Counted from the first letter of the stretch, positions 9,462 through 19,921 are shown. The stretch: DNA of 64,000 bases from an uncultured delta proteobacterium (GCA_963699755.1 CAVOVB010000002.1:32001-96000), one strand, 5' to 3'. Translations and numbers: made by a program. The notes: generated from the sequence alone by a model not told the origin.

Positions 9462-10850
9462 CTATGGCAGGAAGAAAACGCCCCTGAGATCTTCCGTGCG
9501 CGAGAGCGGGCGTTCATTCCCATCGAACGACGTTACCCGAAACTGATAGTAGGTCCCGGATGCAAGGGGTGGACCTCCATACGGTACCTCGGGATCGCTT
9601 CCGGTCGACTTGGGGATGTTCGCGTCGCTCCAGATCATCTCTCCAAACGTGTCGAACACCTCGATCTGGTAGCGCTCTTCGCCACTATCACCGACCCACG
9701 AAAAGACTGGCGTTCCGGTGAGCTCTTCGGCGCCCTCGGCGCCCGGGGATAGGACGTCGAGGGACCCGGTGACTTTGAAGCCCGGCGCAACGACCGACTG
9801 ACCGGCGCTCACTTCGACCCGAACGATCTCGGTGTTGCCTTGACCGAAGTCCGGGTCGCGCACGAGGCGGTCGTTCTCGAACGCTCCGAGCACCTTGTAG
9901 CTGCCGGCGGGCACGCCTTCCATGATCCAGCTTCCGCTATCGACGAGATCATCGCCTTTGGGCGCGCGAAGCCCGGGTGGCGTCTCGCCGCGAGCCAGGA
10001 CTTCGTCAAAAGTCGACTCGACCACCAGGATGTACGAGGTTCCTTTGCCTGCGCCTCGGTTCACGATCTGCACGCTGCCGGTGACGGTTCCCGTGGCATC
10101 ACGTGAAAGAGCCAGGTCGACTCGTGCTTCCTCGCCTCCGCTGACCGATGCCTCTTGCGCAACGTAGTTCAAACCTTGGGCGTAGCCGAGCACCGAGAAG
10201 TTGCCGTCGGGAAGATTGAAGATCCGGTAGACCCCATTCCGGTCGGCAATCGCGCTGAAACCCTGCGGGCTCTGACCAGAGGTCTCTGCCACGACCAGCA
10301 CGCCAGTCGCGTTGCTCGGCACCTCGACCCTACCAAAAATCTCGTTGCTCCCCGCCCCCGCAGGAAGCGCGATCAGGCCAATGTCAGTTGCGGCAGTCTG
10401 CACGACGAGCAACCCGTCTTCACCGATCGGGTTCGATACATCGATTGGCAGCGCTTGCCGAATGCCGCCCGGGAAGGTCTGGAAGCCGGCAGCGTCCGCG
10501 CGGAGCGTTACATCGCCGCCCCTTGGATTGCCGTCGGCGTCGCGCTGGCGGGCAACTTGGATCTGATAGTCTCCACTTGCATCCGTCACCGCTACCGTGC
10601 CCGCCGGCGCGCGGTTCGCGTCCAATGCCACAACGGTCGCACCTTCGATGCCATTGTCGTTGGCTCGATCGGACACGTTGCCGCGAAGGATGACCGGCTC
10701 GAAGCATTCGGGTTCGCCACCGACAACTTCCTCGCAAACGAGGCCCTCTTCACACCCGGTCTGCGCGACGGGATCGCAAGAGTTGCTGCCGCTGGAGCAG
10801 CCGCTCACTAGGAGCGGCAAGACCGCTACGGCATTGATCATCCGATTCAT
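9462..10850 (-). CDS. Lipoprotein with carboxypeptidase-regulatory-like/Ig-like repeats
   Basis: LLVSGC lipobox; GNVSD..IEGATV..TDASGDY and ADRNGVYRIFNLPDGNF beta-sandwich repeats; C-terminal FnIII-like GTYYQFRVTS. Confidence 0.8.
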   Translation of the reverse strand: MNRMINAVAVLPLLVSGCSSGSNSCDPVAQTGCEEGLVCEEVVGGEPECFEPVILRGNVSDRANDNGIEGATVVALDANRAPAGTVAVTDASGDYQIQVARQRDADGNPRGGDVTLRADAAGFQTFPGGIRQALPIDVSNPIGEDGLLVVQTAATDIGLIALPAGAGSNEIFGRVEVPSNATGVLVVAETSGQSPQGFSAIADRNGVYRIFNLPDGNFSVLGYAQGLNYVAQEASVSGGEEARVDLALSRDATGTVTGSVQIVNRGAGKGTSYILVVESTFDEVLARGETPPGLRAPKGDDLVDSGSWIMEGVPAGSYKVLGAFENDRLVRDPDFGQGNTEIVRVEVSAGQSVVAPGFKVTGSLDVLSPGAEGAEELTGTPVFSWVGDSGEERYQIEVFDTFGEMIWSDANIPKSTGSDPEVPYGGPPLASGTYYQFRVTSFDGNERPLSRTEDLRGVFFLP

Positions 10851-10863
10851 GGTTTCCCCCAAT

Positions 10864-12006
10864 TCAGTTGTCGCCTGCGCCCTGGCAGATCCAGGTCGCG
10901 ATAGTCTTGATCAGGTCTTCGGCCAGGGGTGGATCCCCCTTTGGCATCTGGGTCCCCGTGCACAGCTCGCTTCCCGTGAGCTTTCCGATCAGGAGGCTCC
11001 CCTCCGGATGACCTGGCACTACGACGGGACCGCAGTTGGTCGTTGCATTCAGCAGGCTGGCGAAGGCGTTACCAGGCGTCAGATCGAGGTCGCTGCCTCG
11101 GCCGCCTGCGCCTCCGACACGACCGGGCCCTGCGACCCCATCGTGACAGCCGATCGAGGCGCAGCTCGCGCTGAAGATCGGTTGGACGTCGCTCACAAAC
11201 GACACGGTCTCAGTGCCGCATTGACAGGTTCCCGCGACACAAGACGTGCCCGGGCCACAGCCGGCCCCGCAGGCTCCACAGTTGCGCGGATCGGTCATGA
11301 TATCGACGCACGCTCCCGAGCATTCGACGAGATCGCCGCAATCCGCCGAGCACTCTCCCTCGAGACAAAACGAGGCGCCACAGCCCGCCTCGCAGGCTCC
11401 GCAATTGTCGGGATCGCTCGCGAGGTCGGCGCATCCCGAGCTGCACGCGGCAAGACCTCCCGGGCACGCACAAGCACCATCGATACAAGAGGCCGCGGAT
11501 GAACATGCCCGACCGCAGGTGCCGCAATGTTGAGCGTCGGTTTGAAGATCGATACACGCGGTCCCGCCACAAGTCTCGCAGACACTCGAGGGATCGAGCT
11601 GGTCGATCCAAGCGGCGATGCAGTCCACGGTTTCACCCGTGAGGATTCCGCCGATGGGCATTTTCGCGCCGCAGTCCGTCGTCCCCCGGAGCTTCATCAC
11701 GAGGAGTGAACCCTCAGCGTCGCCGGCGATGACTCGGGTTTCTCCTCCACAGAGAGCCGACTCGCGACCAAAGAGCTCGAGCTCGAGCGCGTCCGTCTCG
11801 AGGTCGAGTCCCCCGGCGCGGTCGCCGGAGCCATGACAGCCGGCGTCGATGCAACCTGGCCGAAAGACCTGGCTGGATAGCTGCTCGAGAGCGGTTGGAC
11901 ACGGGGGACCGGGACGCACCCTTGGTCCGGCCGAGCTCCCGTCGTCGCTGCACGCCGCCAGCACGAGCCCGCACGCGATCGCCATTGCCCTTCGCATCGT
12001 CCCCAT
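10864..12006 (-). CDS. Lipoprotein with two PSCyt1-like cytochrome c domains (CX4CH) flanking Cys-rich D.xNCGxCG repeats
   Basis: LVLAAC lipobox; CIDAGCH...KMP and CASIGCH...QMP; three repeats DAQHCGTCG, DPDNCGACE and DPRNCGACG. Confidence 0.82.
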   Translation of the reverse strand: MGTMRRAMAIACGLVLAACSDDGSSAGPRVRPGPPCPTALEQLSSQVFRPGCIDAGCHGSGDRAGGLDLETDALELELFGRESALCGGETRVIAGDAEGSLLVMKLRGTTDCGAKMPIGGILTGETVDCIAAWIDQLDPSSVCETCGGTACIDLQTDAQHCGTCGRACSSAASCIDGACACPGGLAACSSGCADLASDPDNCGACEAGCGASFCLEGECSADCGDLVECSGACVDIMTDPRNCGACGAGCGPGTSCVAGTCQCGTETVSFVSDVQPIFSASCASIGCHDGVAGPGRVGGAGGRGSDLDLTPGNAFASLLNATTNCGPVVVPGHPEGSLLIGKLTGSELCTGTQMPKGDPPLAEDLIKTIATWICQGAGDN

Positions 12007-12190
12007 TCCCTGCTTGAATGATGCCAGCTAGAGAGATCGCCTAGCAAATCGGCTCGGCACGGTGAATTCCGGCGCTATGGCTTGGCTGGCCCCTTCGCTC
12101 GGCAGGGACCTAGAGGCCCAGATCGCGCGGACCAGCAAGAACGAGGCGTACCTGTTGCCTCAAGCCTTCCCGGTCAGCTAAGATGAGAAA

Positions 12191-13174
12191 ATGCAATATC
12201 AACATATTTTTGCATTTTCACTGGTTGCGCTTCTTGCGCTCTCTGGCGGTGCATGCGGCAACGACCCGTCTGGCGCGAACCGTGGCGGCGCTGGGACCGG
12301 GGGAACCGGCACCGGGGGAACCGGCACCAGCGGTACCGGCGGCAGAGGGGGCAATGCCGGGTCGGCGGGGGTTGGCGGAATGGCCGGCACTGGAGGGACC
12401 GCGGGGACCGCGGGCGGTTGTTTGCCAGTCCTTTGTCCGGACGGCAACTCCTACGGATGTGGCGACTGCATGGACAACGACGGCGATGGCCTCATCGACG
12501 ATAAAGACCCCGAGTGCCTTGGGCCGTGCGACAACACCGAAGGGCCGATCCTGCTGACAGGTACCCCGGGCGAAACCGGCAATCAGTGCGGTGCAGACTG
12601 CTACTTCGACCGGGGCAATGGGTCGGGATCCGGCGAGTGCAAATGGGATCGACGCTGCGATCCGCTCGAGCCCAAAGATGGCTGTGCGCACGACCCCGAT
12701 CTCATCGGTGCTGAGAATTATTGCCCCGACGTGCAGCCCGAGCCTTGCGAGCAAGACTGCGGGGCGCTCACGCCGAACGGCTGTGACTGCTTTGGATGCT
12801 GCACGTTCCCCGCACTCAATGGTGGGTACGTCTTCCTCGGCTCCTATGTCGGGAACGACGGCACCTGCACCTTGAATGACCTCGAAGACCCGGCGCTCTG
12901 CCGACCGTGCACGCCGGCAGGCAGCTGCTTGAACACATGCGAGCGCTGCGAGATCTGTCTCGGCAAACCGACCATCCCTGCTGACTGCTTCCCTGGCGCC
13001 GGCGGAAGCGGTGGCATGGGGGGCGGTGGCATGGGGGGCGGCGGCATGGGTGGAGACGGCGGCAGTCTACGCTGCCCGATCGGAAAGCAGGCTTGTGGTC
13101 TGCCTGGCGATCCAGCTTGTCCTTCGGGGGCCTTCTGCCTGACTGGGTGCTGCACCGAGATCGTGGTGCAGTAG
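12191..13174 (+). CDS. Cys-rich lipoprotein with Gly-rich linkers and a putative Ca-binding DNDGDGLIDxxDPEC motif
   Basis: SGGAC lipobox; GTGG repeats; more than 30 Cys. Confidence 0.8.
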   Translation: MQYQHIFAFSLVALLALSGGACGNDPSGANRGGAGTGGTGTGGTGTSGTGGRGGNAGSAGVGGMAGTGGTAGTAGGCLPVLCPDGNSYGCGDCMDNDGDGLIDDKDPECLGPCDNTEGPILLTGTPGETGNQCGADCYFDRGNGSGSGECKWDRRCDPLEPKDGCAHDPDLIGAENYCPDVQPEPCEQDCGALTPNGCDCFGCCTFPALNGGYVFLGSYVGNDGTCTLNDLEDPALCRPCTPAGSCLNTCERCEICLGKPTIPADCFPGAGGSGGMGGGGMGGGGMGGDGGSLRCPIGKQACGLPGDPACPSGAFCLTGCCTEIVVQ

Positions 13175-13354
13175 CGCGGCTCACGTGCTGTGATCCAGAG
13201 TCAAGACCTGCCCGTGCATGACGCCAGCGTTCTGTGTGAGCACTCGCACATTTTCCGATGCAGGAAATGCGGCGTGGGCGGAATGTGTATTCTTTCGTAG
13301 TTTGTGAGGCACATCGCTTGGCACCCGGCGTCTGCCGTGGGAATTCTTCTAGCT

Positions 13355-14269
13355 ATGAAGTATCGAAACCTGTTCATTCTCTCGGCCGGCATAGTCTTCG
13401 TACTCAGCCTCGGTTGTTCTGAGGGCGTCACCGTCGACCCGTCGACGCAAAAACTCTCTCCCGCATGCATCGAAAACGCAGACGATATCGAAGGCCAGGG
13501 CTGGCTTTGCCCGGACGACTTGGCGGTAGAATGCGAGAACGGCGGCGCGGATCCGGAGCTCATCTATATGGTGCCATCGGGTGATCTTCCTGAAAGCTGT
13601 GACGACATCCAGCTATCGCTCAACAACGAGGGGCCCTTTGAGTTGGGGACGCACGAAATCGTCGTCACCGCAGAAGCCTCGGGGGTCGACGCAGGGACCG
13701 TGGAGGTCCTCTGCGAAGCGACGCTGACGGTGGAGGACACCGTGCCTCCCGAGGCCAAGCACGAGATCATCGAGCTCTGGCCACCAAATCACAAGCTCCA
13801 CACGATCTCGGGCGAAGACTGTGTGAAGGACGTATGCGACGACAGTGTGACAGTGACGTTCCTCTCAGCCTCGAGCGACGAAGCGGTCAACGACAAGGGT
13901 GACGGCAATACCGAGCCCGACATCATCCTCGACTGCGATCGCGTGCAACTGCGCTCCGAGCGACAGGGCGGAGGCAACGGTCGCATCTACACGCTCGGTT
14001 GGAAAGCGGTCGACGATGCCGGCAACGAAACCGAGGGCGAGTGCGTCGTCGCAGTCCCGCATGACCAGAGCGGCCGCGAGGCGGTCGATGACGGAACCGC
14101 GTACGAGATGATGCTCGATGCAAACGCGTGCGACAGCGGCACCGGTGGCACCGGTGGCATGGGTGGCACCGGTGGCATGGGTGGCACCGGTGGCATGGGT
14201 GGCACCGGTGGCATGGGTGGCACCGGTGGCATGGGTGGTACCGGTGGCATGGACGACACGGCGGTTTGA
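13355..14269 (+). CDS. Lipoprotein with HYR/Ig-like domains and C-terminal GGTGGM repeats
   Basis: LSLGC lipobox; DTVPP...LWPPNHKL...LRSERQGGGNGRIYTL...VPHDQ Ig-like domain signature. Confidence 0.8.
   Translation: MKYRNLFILSAGIVFVLSLGCSEGVTVDPSTQKLSPACIENADDIEGQGWLCPDDLAVECENGGADPELIYMVPSGDLPESCDDIQLSLNNEGPFELGTHEIVVTAEASGVDAGTVEVLCEATLTVEDTVPPEAKHEIIELWPPNHKLHTISGEDCVKDVCDDSVTVTFLSASSDEAVNDKGDGNTEPDIILDCDRVQLRSERQGGGNGRIYTLGWKAVDDAGNETEGECVVAVPHDQSGREAVDDGTAYEMMLDANACDSGTGGTGGMGGTGGMGGTGGMGGTGGMGGTGGMGGTGGMDDTAV
14147..14251 (+). repeat. 18-bp tandem repeat GGCACCGGTGGCATGGGT, about 6 copies
   Basis: Five identical units plus one partial variant, encoding (GTGGMG)n. Confidence 0.9.
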
Positions 14270-14648
14270 AGCAGGTTCGATTGCGGCCGCCTCCACAATT
14301 TCGGCACTGCCGGCTGGGAAAGTACAGAGTTCGACCTCTAGGTCCAACGGCCGATCGACTTCATTGATCCCCGGTCACGGCGCATCGATGGTGTCTTGGG
14401 CGACGGGCACGACCCTCCGGTACTTGCTTCGATTTCCTTGGAGACCTCGAGCAACGCGAAGCACGAAGGCCCTGGGACGGAGCGCATCTGCCACCACGAA
14501 CATCGCGCCCACCTTCACGAGGCCGGATTGCGGGGACAGGTCGTCCCGGTGCTTCACCGATGGGAACTTCGTGTAACATCGAAACAACTCGGTGGAGCGC
14601 TCATCGCGCCGGCGGGGCCCGAAATCGCCATGGTCTTGGAGCTCGATG

Positions 14649-15251
14649 TCATTTCTCCGGACGGGTTGCCACGAGGCGGACGACGCTGGCGAGGCCCGTG
14701 TGGTATCGGCCTTCCCGGATCTCGGCCTCTTCCTTTTCCAGCTGTAGGATGACCAAATCCGAGAAGTCTTCGCGCAGGTCCTCGAGGGTGTAGAGCAGCT
14801 GCTCGTTAGGCGGGCCGCCCGTACCGTAGCCGAGCTGCTCTTTGCTGTAGGCTTCGAGGATTAGTCGGCCGCCTGGCGCGAGCGCCGTCGCGAGCTTTCG
14901 ATGAAACGATCGGCGAATGTTCTCCGGCAAGTGAGCGAAGATGAGGGCAACTGCGTCGTACGTTCCGGGTTCGATTTGTGCGCTTTCGTAGTCCGCAACC
15001 TCGTAGTTGATCCCCACGCCGTGCCGAGCAGCGAGTCGTAGCGCTTTTTCGCGGCCGGAGGCGCTGAAGTCGAACGCATCGACCGTCCAGCCCTGCCGTG
15101 CTGCATACACTGCATTGCGCCCCTCACCCTCCCCTGGAAGAAGAAGACGCCCAGGCCGCATCCGATCGAGGCAACTCCTGAAGAACACGTTCGGCTCTTC
15201 GCCGTAGGCGTACTCTACCTGCCCGTACCGTTCGTCCCACATCTCCTTCAT
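14649..15251 (-). CDS. Class I SAM-dependent methyltransferase (TehB-like)
   Basis: WDERY...YAYGEEPN, LLPGEGEGRNAVYAA and DAFDFS motifs; GGAGG RBS. Confidence 0.9.
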   Translation of the reverse strand: MKEMWDERYGQVEYAYGEEPNVFFRSCLDRMRPGRLLLPGEGEGRNAVYAARQGWTVDAFDFSASGREKALRLAARHGVGINYEVADYESAQIEPGTYDAVALIFAHLPENIRRSFHRKLATALAPGGRLILEAYSKEQLGYGTGGPPNEQLLYTLEDLREDFSDLVILQLEKEEAEIREGRYHTGLASVVRLVATRPEK

Positions 15252-15722
15252 GTCGGCCTCCGCGCGAACGACTCTGAGCTGCTTACGACTATCGCGCTAG
15301 CCAGCCGAGGACGTGCGATAGCCCGGACAGCAAGTTCAGTCGGATCGCGTCAGCATTTTGGGGCTTCAGCTCGGTGGCAGATACCGATCTCCGACTTCGC
15401 GTGGCATTTCAATCTCCGTCATTGCATGAGCATCTGGACCGACGCGTATTTCTCCGGACGGACTCCGATGCGTCGGGCGTATCGTATACCAACTCCAGCC
15501 GGTCGGGTGTCTCTTCGCCCCTTAGGCACGGGGAGCTTCGAAGGACGAGCTGCGATACCCCTTTTGGCGCCCACCAAGAGGCGCTTGATCGTTGCGCTGG
15601 GCCGACCAGAATGGCCCCCATTCCGCCGCGAGGGATCCACAAGCCCCAAAATCCTATGGGAGGGGCCGGACGCCTGCTGAAATCAAAGCAGTGAACCGCC
15701 CGAGTTGCACGAAGGGAGTACG

Positions 15723-18095
15723 ATGAAGAAGGCAATGAGAATGAAGACGACGACTCTTCTTTTGACCTCGCTGGCGATGTCAATGGCGAGCCTGAGCGCC
15801 GCGCAAGCAACGGCCCAGGATGCACAGGTCGACCGCACCGAGCTCCCCGTCAAGGGTCCGTGGTACCCGCCTATCACGACGCTCGATGCGCGCGACGCCA
15901 AGGCACCCCCCGTCTTCGAAGTGAAGCCACCCAAGGGCGCGCCGAACGTGGTCGTCATCCTGCTCGACGATCTCGGGTTTGGTGGCACGAGCGCGTTTGG
16001 CGGCGTGATTGAAACGCCCCACATCGACAAGCTCGCCAGTCAGGGTCTGATGTACAACCAGTTTCACACGACGGCGCTGTGTTCGCCGACCCGGCAGGCG
16101 CTCAAGACGGGTCGCAACCATCACTCGGCAAACCAAGCGAAGATCACGGAAGTCGCGACCTCCTTCCCCGGCGCGACGGGGATGTTGCCGAACGACGTTG
16201 CGAGCATCGGAGAAATCTTGCGGCTCAACGGCTACAGCACGGGCGCCTTTGGCAAATGGCACGAGACGGCGGTGTGGGAGATCAGCCCGTCTGGGCCGTT
16301 CGCCCGCTGGCCGAACTTACAGGGCTTCGACGAGTTTTACGGGTTCCTCGGCGGCGAAACCAACCAGTGGGCACCGGCCGTGTACCACAACCTCAATCGC
16401 GTAGAGACCCCCGACGACCCCGACTACCACTTCATGAACGACATGGCGACACAGGCGATCAACTGGATTCGCTTCCAGCAATCGCTCACGCCGGAAAAGC
16501 CCTTCTTCGTCTACTTCGCCCCTGGTGCCGTGCACGCGCCGCACCACGTGCCGAAGTCGTACATCGAAAAGCAAAAAGGTCGCTTCGATGAGGGTTGGGA
16601 TGTGATCCGCAAGCGGATCTTCGAACGGCAACGGAAGCTCGGCATCATCCCGCGGGACACCAAGCTCGCAAAGAAGCCAGAAGACATCAAGGACTGGAAG
16701 CGCCTCTCGAAGAACGAAAAGAAGCTCTTCGCGCGCCAGGCTGAGGTCTTCGCCGCGTACTTGGAGATGACCGACCACGAGACGGGTCGCGTGATCCAGG
16801 CGATCGAGGACCTGGGCGAGCTCGACAACACACTCATCATCTACATCGCAGGCGACAACGGGACGAGCGCCGAAGGTGGGATGACTGGGCTCTACAACGA
16901 GCTGACCTACTTTAACGACGAACCCAAGGGGTCGGACGTCGACTTCATGCTGAGGCACTACGACAACTGGGGTGACCCCACGACCTATCCGCACATGGCC
17001 GCCGGCTGGGCAGTCGCCTTCGACTCACCCTTCACTTGGATGAAGCAGGTGGCCTCCAATTACGGCGGCACCCGCAACGCGATGATCACTCACTGGCCGG
17101 CTCGCATCAAAGGTAAGGGCGAGCTGCGCTCGCAATGGCATCACGTCATCGACGTCGTCCCGACCATTCTCGAGGCCGCGGGGCTGCCCGAGCCACGGAT
17201 CGTCAACGGTACGCCGCAGCGACCGATCGAGGGTGTGAGCATGGTCTACAGCTGGGACGAGGCACGCGCGCCCAGCCGCCACCAGATCCAGTACTTCGAG
17301 ATGTTCGGCAACCGCGGTGTTTACTTCGACGGCTGGTTCGCCGGGACCGTGCACGTCACGCCCTGGGGCAAAGTGGAGAACCGCTTCCCCGAGGACAAGT
17401 GGGAGCTCTACCACGTGGAGAAAGACTTCAGCATGTCCAGGGACCTCGCGAAGAAGCATCCGGACATCCTTACCCAGCTACAGCGGGTTTTTCTGGCTGA
17501 GGCAGTCAAGTACAAGGTGTTGCCCCTCGACGACCGGCGCCAAGAGCTGTTCAATCCTAAGCTTGCCGGTCGGCCGGACCTGATGTTCGGACGCAAGAGC
17601 CTGACCCTCTACGAAGGGATGAACGGCCTGCTCGAGAACGACTTCATCAACGTCAAAGGTACATCGTTCGAAATCGTCGCCGAGCTCGAAACCGGTGATC
17701 AGGCCGTCGACGGTGTGATCGTGGCCCAAGGAGGTCGGTTCGGCGGCTGGAGCCTGTATCTCAAGGAAGGCAAACCGATCTTCATGTACAACTACCTCGG
17801 CATCGATCGATACACCGCCACCGCAAGTGCGACGCTGCCGAAGGGGAAGTCCACGGTGAAGATGGACTTTGCCTACGATGGTGGCAAACCGGGCGCCGGC
17901 GGCACCGCGACCCTCTACGTCAACGGCAAGTCCGTCGGGTCCACGAAGGTCGAGCAGACAGAGTTCGCGGTGTTCTCCGCTGATGAAACGGCCGGCGTGG
18001 GAGTCGATGCGGAAACACCGGTGTCCGACGATTACGACCGGGCCAGCAGCGACTTCACTGGCAAGATCCACAAGGTGACCATCACCCTGAAGTGA
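15723..18095 (+). CDS. Secreted arylsulfatase (Cys-type)
   Basis: PNVVVILLDDLG, ALCSPTR formylglycine motif, GYSTGAFGKWH; C-terminal jelly-roll extension; signal peptide. Confidence 0.95.
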   Translation: MKKAMRMKTTTLLLTSLAMSMASLSAAQATAQDAQVDRTELPVKGPWYPPITTLDARDAKAPPVFEVKPPKGAPNVVVILLDDLGFGGTSAFGGVIETPHIDKLASQGLMYNQFHTTALCSPTRQALKTGRNHHSANQAKITEVATSFPGATGMLPNDVASIGEILRLNGYSTGAFGKWHETAVWEISPSGPFARWPNLQGFDEFYGFLGGETNQWAPAVYHNLNRVETPDDPDYHFMNDMATQAINWIRFQQSLTPEKPFFVYFAPGAVHAPHHVPKSYIEKQKGRFDEGWDVIRKRIFERQRKLGIIPRDTKLAKKPEDIKDWKRLSKNEKKLFARQAEVFAAYLEMTDHETGRVIQAIEDLGELDNTLIIYIAGDNGTSAEGGMTGLYNELTYFNDEPKGSDVDFMLRHYDNWGDPTTYPHMAAGWAVAFDSPFTWMKQVASNYGGTRNAMITHWPARIKGKGELRSQWHHVIDVVPTILEAAGLPEPRIVNGTPQRPIEGVSMVYSWDEARAPSRHQIQYFEMFGNRGVYFDGWFAGTVHVTPWGKVENRFPEDKWELYHVEKDFSMSRDLAKKHPDILTQLQRVFLAEAVKYKVLPLDDRRQELFNPKLAGRPDLMFGRKSLTLYEGMNGLLENDFINVKGTSFEIVAELETGDQAVDGVIVAQGGRFGGWSLYLKEGKPIFMYNYLGIDRYTATASATLPKGKSTVKMDFAYDGGKPGAGGTATLYVNGKSVGSTKVEQTEFAVFSADETAGVGVDAETPVSDDYDRASSDFTGKIHKVTITLK

Positions 18096-18159
18096 GGAGA
18101 AAGACCCCCGACGACGTCTACATCGGGAGAGATTCCAACGACGCAATGAGGAATAGACG

Positions 18160-19707
18160 ATGCCCGATGATACCAATAGCCCCCTCGCCTCCAGGCCAGC
18201 GCTTCACGCGCCCCGCGCCGGTGAGCGATACGATGTCTTGGTCCTAGGTGCCGGCTGGGGCGGGCTCGCCGCCGCCTCGATACTCGCGAAAGCGGGGCGC
18301 CGGGTTGCGGTGCTCGAAGCGCGCGATCGCGCAGGTGGTTGCGGCCAATCCTTCAGCCTCGAGGACTTCTCGTTCTGCGCCGAAATGCAGTACCTGATGG
18401 GCTGCGGACCGGGCGGGACGGTCCAGCGGTGGCTGCAATCGCTCGGGCTCGACTCGGTGGTGACGTTCAATGCGCTTGATCGCGAGGGCTACGATCGCAT
18501 CGACCTCCCCGACTCCCAGTTCCGAATTCCGAACGACCTGCACCGGTTCGAGGCGGATCTCGTCGAGGCGTTTCCCGCGGATCGCGAGGCGATTGCCGAG
18601 CTGTTCGCCATCCTGTGGCGCATCGAAAAGGAAATTGGCCCGAGCGGCATCGACCTGAAGCAGTTCGAGCGGAAGCCGTTCCAGTTCAAGGACACGGTGC
18701 TATACGGTCCTTGGCCGGTGGATCGCTTGTTCGATCATCTGGGCCTGTCGCGGCGCGCGCGCGCGGTGATTGCCGGCCAATGCGGAGATATCGGCTTGGC
18801 GCCACGCGAGGAGCCGTTGCTCTGCTTACAAGCGCTCCTATTCGGCTACGGCGAGTCGGCGCACTTTCCCAAGCGCGGCATGGGCTTCTTCGTCGACCGC
18901 GTGGTCGAGTACATCACGACCCACGGAGGCACGATCGCCTACGACACCCCCGTGACCCGGCTGGTACGCGATGGCGATCGCATCGGCTGGGTCGAAACGC
19001 CGCGTGGGCTGTTCAGCGCAGACCTAGTCGTGTCCAACATCGATCCGGCACGAACGTTCCGCCTCATCGATGGGGCCTCGGTTCCGCGCTACCAGCAATC
19101 GGCGTCGTGCTTCACGATCTTCCTCGGCCTCGACATCGATCTCGCCACCCGCGGCTTCGGCCGTTTCAACGTATGGAGCTACCCGGAGGAGGACCTCGAC
19201 GCCGCGATCGAACGCACCACCCTCGGGCATCGCTACGACGATCCATTCTTCTTCCTCTCGACACCGTCCCTCTACGCCGACCCGGGAGCTCTCGCGCCGC
19301 TAGGAAGCACCACCGTGCAGATCAACGTCGCAAGCGACTTCGATTGGTTCGCGACGGCCGCCCAAGAGGGGCGTCACGAGCGACAGAAGTCGCGGATTGC
19401 CGAGGAGATTGTGGCCGCCGTCGAACGGCGCCTCCTGCCCGGTCTGCGCGAACACCGAGTCGTGCAAGAGGCATGGAGCCCGATTGACCTCTCTGCGCGT
19501 GTGGGTTTGGAGCGCGGTGGCATGTACGGGGCGCGCCTCGACCTCACGAACCGCCTCCTCCGCCACGTTTCGCAACGTACGCCATTCGAGAACCTGAGCC
19601 TCACGGGCGCGACCGCCGGCGGACCTGGACTTCAAGGCGTGGTGAGATCCAGCCTACGGCTCTGCGAACGACTTCTCGATGAGCCCAGTCCCCTCCCCAC
19701 TCGCTGA
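18160..19707 (+). CDS. Phytoene desaturase/retinol saturase-like FAD oxidoreductase
   Basis: YDVLVLGAGWGGLAAA...VLEARDRAGG dinucleotide-binding motif; C-terminal TPFENLSLTG..GPG. Confidence 0.85.
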   Translation: MPDDTNSPLASRPALHAPRAGERYDVLVLGAGWGGLAAASILAKAGRRVAVLEARDRAGGCGQSFSLEDFSFCAEMQYLMGCGPGGTVQRWLQSLGLDSVVTFNALDREGYDRIDLPDSQFRIPNDLHRFEADLVEAFPADREAIAELFAILWRIEKEIGPSGIDLKQFERKPFQFKDTVLYGPWPVDRLFDHLGLSRRARAVIAGQCGDIGLAPREEPLLCLQALLFGYGESAHFPKRGMGFFVDRVVEYITTHGGTIAYDTPVTRLVRDGDRIGWVETPRGLFSADLVVSNIDPARTFRLIDGASVPRYQQSASCFTIFLGLDIDLATRGFGRFNVWSYPEEDLDAAIERTTLGHRYDDPFFFLSTPSLYADPGALAPLGSTTVQINVASDFDWFATAAQEGRHERQKSRIAEEIVAAVERRLLPGLREHRVVQEAWSPIDLSARVGLERGGMYGARLDLTNRLLRHVSQRTPFENLSLTGATAGGPGLQGVVRSSLRLCERLLDEPSPLPTR

Positions 19708-19921
19708 TCGGATTTCAGTCACCTGGGGGCGGCTCAGATGAGGAACAAGCTGATCTGGCTCGGAACTCCCGGCATCCCTCGGCCGGGCAAGTTTGGCTTC
19801 TCGGCTCGAGCTAGGCCTGATCTTCATCGGATCTTCTCAGCGGAGCCCTTGTGGACGACTGCCACCGCCACTAGTGTTCGCTACTCGCCTCGCCTATGCT
19901 GAGCCACGAGGTCGCCATTGA

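Noticed and set aside
14270..14648. Short ORFs between the lipoprotein and the methyltransferase
   Set aside because: No recognisable motif or RBS; possibly a decayed fragment, but unsupported.
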